Virus record (IMG/VR): IMGVR_UViG_3300042549_004128
Location: 1-27,365 of that record
Origin: a virus
Taxonomy: Duplodnaviria; Caudoviricetes
DNA: 27,365 nucleotides
Direction: 5' to 3' (one strand)
In this document: piece by piece, positions 1-7,677 of the stretch
How the letters are laid out: the number at the start of each line of letters is the position of its first letter
Position numbering within the stretch: the stretch's first letter is position 1
Translations under genes and position numbers: made by a program
Notes under the pieces: model-generated
Told to the model about the DNA's origin: nothing
Databases searched by the model: none
Seen by the model: only the letters and a program-made list of their open reading frames with translations

Positions 1-655
1 CGTCTGTTCCAGTCGTAATCGTGAAAGACCCCTTTGAAAGGACCTCTGGGATAGGTTTTACAGACTTTACAGGAGTTACTGGATTACCTGCAGACAGACC
101 ATTTGCGGCCACCGCAGACACGCTGAATTCTTTGCCCTGCGGTCCGACAATCGTAATGCCATCATTAAGGACGGTAGCCGTGTACCCGCCAGTTAGACCT
201 GTCTTAACATAATTCAGGAATCCATTGATATTGACATGGGAGGGTCGGAATATGCCAGTAACCCAATCATCTACGATTACTCCATCGTAAAAAGCGTAAC
301 GATTGCCGTCTGAAAACTCTGCGATGACGAACGGCTTTCCGCTGTAGGTCGTGAAAGACACCAACTTTGTCATCGGAAAGATGGTGTCTGGGTGCTGCAG
401 TCGTCGATACTGAATCGGAGACGGAACAGACAGATTCTGGCTTCCGAAGGTGAACAGTTTATTACCGCAAACATTCAGGCCAAAAGTGCCCGCTGGCAGG
501 GTCCTGTATAACTCGAAAATCTTACGCTTCTCTACCTCTCCGCCACGAGTCACATGGGCGTTACGCAATTCCACCACAGACCCAGGCTTGGAGGTAAGGA
601 TATGCCGCCTCGTATCGAGCCCGCCTACGAAGTTCTCGATTACAAGATAGGCCAT
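1..655 (-). CDS. Tail nozzle / tail tubular protein B-like (N-terminal part; runs off window start)
   Basis: Not in the ORF track. ATG at 655 directly after the adaptor stop; open to the window edge: MAYLVIENFVGGLDTRRHILTSKPGSVVELRNAHVTRGGEVEKRK... The 'NF.GG....N......G...KR' start and the position after the adaptor fit podovirus nozzle proteins. Confidence 0.75.
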   Translation of the reverse strand, partial: MAYLVIENFVGGLDTRRHILTSKPGSVVELRNAHVTRGGEVEKRKIFELYRTLPAGTFGLNVCGNKLFTFGSQNLSVPSPIQYRRLQHPDTIFPMTKLVSFTTYSGKPFVIAEFSDGNRYAFYDGVIVDDWVTGIFRPSHVNINGFLNYVKTGLTGGYTATVLNDGITIVGPQGKEFSVSAVAANGLSAGNPVTPVKSVKPIPEVLSKGSFTITTGTD

Positions 656-656
656 A

Positions 657-1352
657 TCAAGGGTTGGGGTTCGGCATACGACCGCCAATCAGGCCGTGGT
701 TGTGGTCATTATTGATAAGACCGCCGCCAAAACGCACGATTTCGTTCTTAGAATTGAGGCCACGGAGGCGTGAGTAATGAGCATTGGCAAGGCCAAGTTT
801 GGCGGGAGCATCCGCAGACTTGGTATTGGCAAGCATTTCAGACGCAGCGTACAGGACAATCAACTTGTCATCCAGTTCACAGACATCCGTGTCCATGACC
901 AGAGGTTTGAGTTTCCTGATGCCAGACACCCGCAGGATGGAGTTAGACGCAGGAATCGGCCAGACTTCCAGCATGTTTTCCTCGTAATGACGCCACTTAA
1001 GCGGAGGGTCCTGCTTGATGCCGTCGTCGGAATCCATGAAGTTGTAGTCCTTCAGGTTCAGGCCAGGAATCACGGGACGCCAAGAAGCGGCGTACTTGAC
1101 ATTGGTGCAGATGATTCGGTCGTACGCAATCTGGGCGGGGAAGGCGTAATAACGCTGACCGTCCACCAGATTGATGTCTCGGTCAATCATCATGTTGGGC
1201 CAGTCAAAGTCGTACCATAGTCGCTCCTGCGTACGCTCAAGCAGCGTATTCATCGCATGGTGGGCGTTGGTCCCCATGGCAGGATTAGGAGAGGCACCGA
1301 TTTCTGCACGGAGCCTGTCCCGAAGGAGCGACAATGTTACGCCAGAGGCCAT
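657..1352 (-). CDS. Head-tail adaptor / tail tubular protein A-like
   Basis: 231 aa with 'TLSLLRDRLRAEIG', 'DGQRYYAFP' and 'LEVWPIP'; typical size and position between capsid and nozzle genes. Confidence 0.75.
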   Translation of the reverse strand: MASGVTLSLLRDRLRAEIGASPNPAMGTNAHHAMNTLLERTQERLWYDFDWPNMMIDRDINLVDGQRYYAFPAQIAYDRIICTNVKYAASWRPVIPGLNLKDYNFMDSDDGIKQDPPLKWRHYEENMLEVWPIPASNSILRVSGIRKLKPLVMDTDVCELDDKLIVLYAASEMLANTKSADAPAKLGLANAHYSRLRGLNSKNEIVRFGGGLINNDHNHGLIGGRMPNPNP

Positions 1353-1702
1353 CAGTTATTCATGAAGTTTTCGTCAACGGAAGCCTTCTTGAACTTCTTG
1401 ACCTTGGTGGGCTCAGGTTCGACGGCGACATCATCGATGCCGATATCAATCAGCAACTTAGGGAGGGACGGATTCGCACCAGGGAACGCCTTGGCGACGA
1501 CATCACGACCATAGATGTCAGACAGACGCTTGAGTTCAGAGGCGTTGTTGATGACATTCTCGCCTTCCAACTTCATGTTCGTCACGGAGCCAACGCCGTG
1601 GAGGGCGGACAGCAGGACGATTTCAGGGACGGAGATACCAGCCTTGACGACGGTGTTACCCATGTCTCCGCCGATAAGGATTTCGCAGGTTACGGTTTGC
1701 AT
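1352..1702 (-). CDS. Small hypothetical virion-associated protein
   Basis: ORF directly downstream of MCP; probable start MQTVTCEIL at 1702; stop overlaps the adaptor start. Confidence 0.7.
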   Translation of the reverse strand: MQTVTCEILIGGDMGNTVVKAGISVPEIVLLSALHGVGSVTNMKLEGENVINNASELKRLSDIYGRDVVAKAFPGANPSLPKLLIDIGIDDVAVEPEPTKVKKFKKASVDENFMNN

Positions 1703-1740
1703 AGGACCTCTAATCAATGGGACTCAGACAGAAAGACAAC

Positions 1741-1766
1741 AAAAAAGGGGTCCCTTTCGGGACCCC
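1741..1766 (-). terminator. Rho-independent terminator after the major capsid gene
   Basis: Minus strand reads GGGGTCCC-GAAA-GGGACCCC followed by TTTTTT, 24 nt after the MCP stop. Confidence 0.9.
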
Positions 1767-1789
1767 CTGTATTTGTCTGTCAGACAGGT

Positions 1790-2836
1790 TTAGGCAACCT
1801 GGTAGACGGCACACCCGTTCAACTGGGTGGCGGCCATGCCACCAGTCCAGGTCATCGCACGGTAGATGACATACTGGTCATGCGGGCGGGCAGGGTTGTG
1901 GGTCTTCTTGTCTTCGCCGTCCATGACATACAGGTTGATGTTGGACTCATCGATGAAGTAGATGTAGTCCGACTTACCGAGGCTGTCGAGGGTGGGGTCG
2001 TAGACGAAGCGACCGACGCCACGCATGTGGATGTCAGCCATGCCGAGTTCCGTGGAGCCTTCCTTCATGAAGCCCGTCTGGGTGTAGGTACCCTTTTCGG
2101 TGATTTCGGCCTCAAGCAGAGCAAGGGCGGTCGAACCACAGAAGATGAGGGTAGGCTTACCACCGAAGCGGGTCAACTGGCGGACTTCAGCACGGAGGAA
2201 CTTCGTCAGCGTCTGGTTGGCAGGGCTGGAGATAATCTTGTTCGCACCAGTAGCCGAACGGTTACGCCAAGCGGCGACATTCGCACGGTTGATACCGCCG
2301 ACGGTGCCGACAGACGGATTGTCCGTGATGAAGTGCGTAACGCCCGTGATGAGTTTCGGGTCAGCGGTGCCGTCGCCCCAGAGCATCTCGTTGAACGAGC
2401 GAGCCCAGCCTTCGGTCATGTCAGCCAACTTGTGTTCCAGAAGACCCGTAAGGGCCGTCATCTCACGGTCGGAGTGCTTGGAGGTGGACGCACCAGTCGT
2501 GCTGTCGGTAACGGAGATACCGTCATGCTTGAGTTCCGTCAGGGAGACGGTGATACCAGCATGGATTTCCTTCCAGTTATATTCGACACGCTTCAGGTTA
2601 GCGGGGTTGTCGTAGGTGACGGTATCGAGGTGCGAGAAGCCCTTGATAGCGGTCGTGTAATCAAACACAACGGGGATGCTGATTTTACCCTTACCACCAG
2701 GGAAGGACTTCTGCTTCTTGGTAAGAGCAGCGAGAAGGGGCTTTTCCTGGATGGTCTGGGAAAACGGCTTCTGCTTGATGTAAAAATCAAGGGCAGCGGC
2801 AGCAATGTTTTCGAGTTCGGCGGTAGTGAAGGCCAT
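1790..2836 (-). CDS. Major capsid protein
   Basis: 348 aa with strongly biased codons; follows scaffold and portal and has its own terminator; MAFTTAELENIAAAALDFYIK...PHDQYVIYRAMTWTGG resembles HK97-fold podovirus capsid proteins. Confidence 0.88.
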   Translation of the reverse strand: MAFTTAELENIAAAALDFYIKQKPFSQTIQEKPLLAALTKKQKSFPGGKGKISIPVVFDYTTAIKGFSHLDTVTYDNPANLKRVEYNWKEIHAGITVSLTELKHDGISVTDSTTGASTSKHSDREMTALTGLLEHKLADMTEGWARSFNEMLWGDGTADPKLITGVTHFITDNPSVGTVGGINRANVAAWRNRSATGANKIISSPANQTLTKFLRAEVRQLTRFGGKPTLIFCGSTALALLEAEITEKGTYTQTGFMKEGSTELGMADIHMRGVGRFVYDPTLDSLGKSDYIYFIDESNINLYVMDGEDKKTHNPARPHDQYVIYRAMTWTGGMAATQLNGCAVYQVA

Positions 2837-2856
2837 AGTAGTAGTTAGTAGGTAGG

Positions 2857-3885
2857 TTAGTAGCGTGAAGCCGCAGTCCGAACGACATCGAGCAATGTCT
2901 TGGGCTGAGGCTGGGCGGAGACGGATGAAGACGAACTCGTCATGACGGTCTGAGAACGACGGGGAATGAACGACCGCATGCCCTCATTGACATCCGCATA
3001 TGCTCTTTCGACCATAGCGATTGCCTCCTGAGTGCTGTTGGGAGTTTCATTGCCAATCATGACACGGACTTTATCCATGATGAACTTCTGCTTCGCTGAA
3101 TAATCGGGGTCACGCTGTTTGATGTTACTTTCCCATGCCATAACCGCATCACGGACCTGCGTCTGCTTTGCGTTGTATTCCTGATTCTGTCGTTCAACGA
3201 CACCCAGTTGCTGCTGTTGAGCAAGTAGGTTCGCTTGTGCCCTGGCTTTCGCCAGTTCTTTTGCGGACTCGATGTCCACATCTCCGTTGTCTACCCTCCG
3301 TGAAATATCTTCGGGAAGGCTTTCTCCAACAATCGGTGCCAATCGTGACAGATGGCCAGACAGAACCTTATACGCCTCGACGGGGTTGTGCTTAAGCAAC
3401 GACATGACCTGAAAACCTTCCGCCACCTCTTGAGGTGAGAGTTGGTTCTTGACCATGTATTGTTCAACCTTGTCATACTGTTCCGCACGAGACTTAAACG
3501 AGTCCCGTTCAGACAGCAGTTCTTTCCATCGAGGATGGTTGTGGAAAGGTAAAACTTCGGCCTTCGGGTTACCAGAAGCGTCATCCTTGACCGCTTTAAC
3601 TCCAGTAGCCGAATCCTCGGTAGTGACCTTGTCATTCACCGCTAGTGACGAATTAGCGTCGGGTTTAGCCTTTACGACGCCTTTGATGACATCGAGTAGG
3701 CTTGCCCGCTTATTAGCGTCAGTCTCCGCAGCAGACGAGGCTTGCGGCACATCATTAGCGTCTGAACTCTGGCTCGTGTCTGCAGACTGTTGGCTCGCAA
3801 CAGTTTGTGCAGAGGATTCCTGAGTTCCGTAGTTTTCGGTATCGGCAGCAGACGGGGCTGCCTGAATGTTATCGTCGGGTTCCAT
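2857..3885 (-). CDS. Capsid scaffolding protein
   Basis: Low-complexity acidic N-terminus, 'PFHNHPRWKELL' motif, coiled-coil character, position between portal and MCP; probable start MEPDDN at 3885. Confidence 0.75.
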   Translation of the reverse strand: MEPDDNIQAAPSAADTENYGTQESSAQTVASQQSADTSQSSDANDVPQASSAAETDANKRASLLDVIKGVVKAKPDANSSLAVNDKVTTEDSATGVKAVKDDASGNPKAEVLPFHNHPRWKELLSERDSFKSRAEQYDKVEQYMVKNQLSPQEVAEGFQVMSLLKHNPVEAYKVLSGHLSRLAPIVGESLPEDISRRVDNGDVDIESAKELAKARAQANLLAQQQQLGVVERQNQEYNAKQTQVRDAVMAWESNIKQRDPDYSAKQKFIMDKVRVMIGNETPNSTQEAIAMVERAYADVNEGMRSFIPRRSQTVMTSSSSSVSAQPQPKTLLDVVRTAASRY

Positions 3886-3930
3886 TGGGAAATTTACTGT
3901 CTGCAGACACGCAGACAAAGCAAGACATAA

Positions 3931-6054
3931 TTACATTCCAGGCGGAGCCGCATCAGTAGGGCGACCGCCAGGTGACCCAGGGGCCTGAGTCGGAGACGGT
4001 GCGTTCTGTGCACCCTGAGGCCCCTGGGAGTTGGGGTTATTCAAGCCGTTGGCACTATCATCAACCGCACTCGCCTTGGCGTTGGCATTCGTAGCCACGA
4101 TAGACGGGATGGTAGCGATGATGATGTCCTCGGGCTCAATACGGTCGTCCAGACGGCGAAGCGTCTCACGAGCAAAGAATTCAGGGGAGATGCCAGGAAT
4201 CTGCATCAGGATAGGAGCCAGACGCTCCCAGTTCTGGATTTCCGACGCTTTGTTGGGTCGGCCAGAGGAGCCAGCCTCGATGTCAAGGTATAGGGCTTCA
4301 GCGATTTCATTGCGGCTAAACTGAGGCCAGACAGCCCCAGGACCTACAACTTTTAGGACAAACTCCTGAGAGAACTCCTTAAGCATGACCGCACCAGCCG
4401 CACGGCAGATAGCCCCAAGGAACTCGTCAAGGTCGTCAACATTAGAACCGACCGCAGACATGCGGCTAGACTCAGCCACAGACACTTCGGTAGCCGTAGT
4501 GCCAGAGGCGGCGGTTCCGCCGATATTAGCCTCTTGAGAGCCAAGAATCCGAAGCGTGTCATCCACGAGCATGCTTGTGTCGTACAGAGAAGGGTCGATG
4601 GCTACGGGCTTGATTTGCTGAAGGACGGATTCCACGCCCTGACCAGGCTGAAGGCCACGCAACTCTATGATAGAATGCGGAGGACGCTCAGACAGATTGG
4701 TCTTGTCAGTAGCGTCAAGCATGCCAAACGGAACCGCATAAGCAGGTCGGTTAGCATGACGGTGTTCACGCAGTCCCTCACGGGCACGGTTATACTCCAG
4801 TTGAACAGGACGGAGAAGTCGGACATCGGATTGGGGATAGATTTCCTTTTCGTTTTCAACTTCATTGAAGACAAGCGGGTAGATGGGCCAGAAGCCCTCA
4901 AGGTCGGGCCATGGAGATTCGGGCTCCTGCAGGAAGTCGTGGTAGCCATCAACGACGACATACTTCATCTTGTCTGACTTGGAATAGATTTCCCAGACAA
5001 CACAGTTGTCATTCTGCTCGGACGAAGAATGGTGACCGACATTACGATTCTCCATGTACGAGGTAAAGGTCTTACCAAGGTCAACCTTGTAGACTTCCTT
5101 GACCGCCTCAGGAGTCATGATGAACTCCTGACAAATCCAAGCGGCACCAAGGAACGAAGAAAGGTGTCTGCACTTAGGGTCAACGATGATACTGGTAGCA
5201 GGGGGGAAATCGAACACAACGCCTTCACGAACAAGGACTTCAGGCTTAGACTGAAGGTCACGCATCATCAGTTTTAACTGCTCAGATTCAGGTGCGTCAG
5301 GCTTAAGGGTGTTATCTTCGATGTCTTGAGTGATACGCTCGATGCTGGTCAGTTGCTGCGTGATATCACGAATCTTGTCCGCATCTTCAGGGCGGGCTTC
5401 GGTGACACGCTCAAAGCCGACCTTTACGAAACCGACGCCCGTCACGCAGACACGGCGGACCAACTGCTTCATCTGAGCCTTGAAGTTAGGCTGCTGCTCA
5501 TGAATAACATGGGCGAATAGGATTTCCATGGTCTTGGCGACCTTGTCCAGCATCACTCGCTTCTGGGAACCCTGGCTGAAGTCCTGCATCAAAGCCATAC
5601 CTTGAGGGTCAGGTGGCATGCCCTGCTGGGCAGACATCGCAGACATGGCTTGGGCCTGTTGCAGCGTGGCTGAAGTCCCGTCCCATAATGCAAACTCAAG
5701 TCGCTTCTTACGCTTGGCCGTGGCTTTCGGATTCTTGCAATAAAGAGCCGCAACACGCTGGGCAATATGCCGTTGCGTAATGTTTGCGGTGTAGCGGTCT
5801 TCATCCATGGTGCCGCCAGCCCATTGCTTGCCAGACACGAAATCCATGTCTTCACGCATACGGGCGAACGGACGCTTCCAATGGTTCTTAGCGGCAATGA
5901 CCTTCTTACACCACTCCTTGACAAGCGTGGCACGAGCCTCGTCAGGCTTCGGAGTGTCACGGCGGATACGGCCTTCGCCATCAGGTTGACCCATCATCGG
6001 GTTTTCCCCAGGCATCGGCATGCCACCCATGTTCATCATGTCGTCAGGTTCCAT
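3931..6054 (-). CDS. Portal protein
   Basis: 707 aa directly after TerL; 'MREDMDFVSGKQW', 'TATEV', 'LDIEAGSSGRPNK' and a P/Q-rich tail, as in P22-like portals. Confidence 0.9.
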   Translation of the reverse strand: MEPDDMMNMGGMPMPGENPMMGQPDGEGRIRRDTPKPDEARATLVKEWCKKVIAAKNHWKRPFARMREDMDFVSGKQWAGGTMDEDRYTANITQRHIAQRVAALYCKNPKATAKRKKRLEFALWDGTSATLQQAQAMSAMSAQQGMPPDPQGMALMQDFSQGSQKRVMLDKVAKTMEILFAHVIHEQQPNFKAQMKQLVRRVCVTGVGFVKVGFERVTEARPEDADKIRDITQQLTSIERITQDIEDNTLKPDAPESEQLKLMMRDLQSKPEVLVREGVVFDFPPATSIIVDPKCRHLSSFLGAAWICQEFIMTPEAVKEVYKVDLGKTFTSYMENRNVGHHSSSEQNDNCVVWEIYSKSDKMKYVVVDGYHDFLQEPESPWPDLEGFWPIYPLVFNEVENEKEIYPQSDVRLLRPVQLEYNRAREGLREHRHANRPAYAVPFGMLDATDKTNLSERPPHSIIELRGLQPGQGVESVLQQIKPVAIDPSLYDTSMLVDDTLRILGSQEANIGGTAASGTTATEVSVAESSRMSAVGSNVDDLDEFLGAICRAAGAVMLKEFSQEFVLKVVGPGAVWPQFSRNEIAEALYLDIEAGSSGRPNKASEIQNWERLAPILMQIPGISPEFFARETLRRLDDRIEPEDIIIATIPSIVATNANAKASAVDDSANGLNNPNSQGPQGAQNAPSPTQAPGSPGGRPTDAAPPGM

Positions 6055-6068
6055 TTGCGGGAAAGTAG

Positions 6069-7667
6069 TTAAAAACCTCCAAAACGCAATAGGTTTTGTC
6101 TGCGTCGCTCATCGCCAGACGCTTGCTTAAGCCAACCCATGGTACCCGTGGCAAACCCCTCGATTTTCTTGATGACAGGATTGCGACCGCTGAACTGCTT
6201 GCTCAGGCCAAGGCCGATGTATGCCAGAGCATCGACGAAGTCATCATGCTTGGCTGCGGGGAACTTAAGGAGTTCCTGTTCAGCGTCTTGCATCCAAGGA
6301 GCGAACCGAGGGAAGTGCACCTTCCCCATGGCCATACGGCCACGAATTGCCTGGGCTCGTGTCTGCTTGTCCTTGGCTGGGGTGACCTCGTCGATAGCCC
6401 CGTAGGTGCTACGCTCTTGCATACGCTTGCGTAGGAATGGACCGATAGACTTGGAGATATGCCCCTTTTCCGCCCACCAGAGCATTGGCTTAAGTCGCTC
6501 CATGATGTCAATCATCGCCTCCACCACTTCGTCGGTCTGCTCCCGTCGCCACCAGACATCTGGCAGAATCCAGATGTCATCGTTCTCGTCCACCCCTACG
6601 GGAATCAGACAGGTTGCGTCACGGTCTTGGTCCATGGACACGGCATGGTCAGATGCCACATAGATGGTCAGGGCTTTTGGTAATTCAGATGGATTGTAAT
6701 ACTTAATCCAGTCCTTTTTGAAAAAGTCGCCGTCTTCAGGGGCGGGTGAGCCTTGGTACAGGGATGCAAAGCCTCGTGGGTTTAATGACCGTGCTCGCTC
6801 AAGAAAAGGGACATCAAACCGTTCTGGCCACAGGGCCTCCCCAGGCTGTCTGCCCATCGGGTCATCTCGGACAGCCAGGGCTGGCAAAGATAGAATCTTC
6901 CAATGCTTGGCTTCTTCCTCGTTGTAGTAGCCATTGGTCGGGTCAATCAGGCGGCCAATCAGGTCATCCTCGTGCCAGCGGGTCATGATAATGACCACTC
7001 GGCTGCCCACAGACATCAGGCGTGTCATGGCCACATCGGTGAACCAAGCCCACATCTTGTCACGGGTAGCCTTGGATTCAGCCTCCTCACGGTCCTTGAT
7101 TGGGTCATCGATGACCAAAAGGTCAGCACCACGGCCAGTCAGGGAGCCACCACGGCCTACGAACATGGCCTGACCGCCCTCTTTTGTCTGCAGCATCTCG
7201 GCAGAAGCAGACCCCTTGCGGAGTTTGGCGGTCGGAAATAACTGTCTGTAGACTGGCATCTGCACGATTTCACGGACGGCACGACCGAAATCCTTAGCGG
7301 TGTCCTCGTTGTAGGTCGCAAAGATGGTATGGCGGTAGGGGTCCTTGCCCATGAACCACGCAGGAAAGCGACGAGATGCCAGTTCAGACTTACCGTGTCT
7401 GGGAGGCATCGTGATAATTAGCCGCTGAATCGTACCCTTCTCCACCTCCTCAAGTGCAGCCGCAATCACCTCATGGTGCTTGCATGCCGTGTATCGGCTC
7501 CTGTCTGTGTTCTCAGGGTCGTCTGGGTCTGGCAGCGTCAACTTAGTGAACTCAAGCAGACTGTTCCGTCCACGCTTGATGGACAGAAGACGCTTGGCCG
7601 CACTAATCCTTTTCAGGTGTGCGGCTTGGGCGTTTTCGGCTGTCTGCTCTGGGTTGTCGTCAGACAT
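6069..7667 (-). CDS. terL: Terminase large subunit
   Basis: Walker A 'MPPRHGKSE', 'LTGRGADLLVIDDPIK', 'MTRWHEDDL' and nuclease 'HDDFVDAL'; probable start MSDDNP at 7667. Confidence 0.97.
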   Translation of the reverse strand: MSDDNPEQTAENAQAAHLKRISAAKRLLSIKRGRNSLLEFTKLTLPDPDDPENTDRSRYTACKHHEVIAAALEEVEKGTIQRLIITMPPRHGKSELASRRFPAWFMGKDPYRHTIFATYNEDTAKDFGRAVREIVQMPVYRQLFPTAKLRKGSASAEMLQTKEGGQAMFVGRGGSLTGRGADLLVIDDPIKDREEAESKATRDKMWAWFTDVAMTRLMSVGSRVVIIMTRWHEDDLIGRLIDPTNGYYNEEEAKHWKILSLPALAVRDDPMGRQPGEALWPERFDVPFLERARSLNPRGFASLYQGSPAPEDGDFFKKDWIKYYNPSELPKALTIYVASDHAVSMDQDRDATCLIPVGVDENDDIWILPDVWWRREQTDEVVEAMIDIMERLKPMLWWAEKGHISKSIGPFLRKRMQERSTYGAIDEVTPAKDKQTRAQAIRGRMAMGKVHFPRFAPWMQDAEQELLKFPAAKHDDFVDALAYIGLGLSKQFSGRNPVIKKIEGFATGTMGWLKQASGDERRRQNLLRFGGF

Positions 7668-7677
7668 CAAAAATGAA

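Noticed and set aside
1334-2848. 504-aa plus-strand ORF
   Set aside because: Antisense shadow of the MCP gene and its neighbour, caused by strong codon bias; no recognisable motifs.
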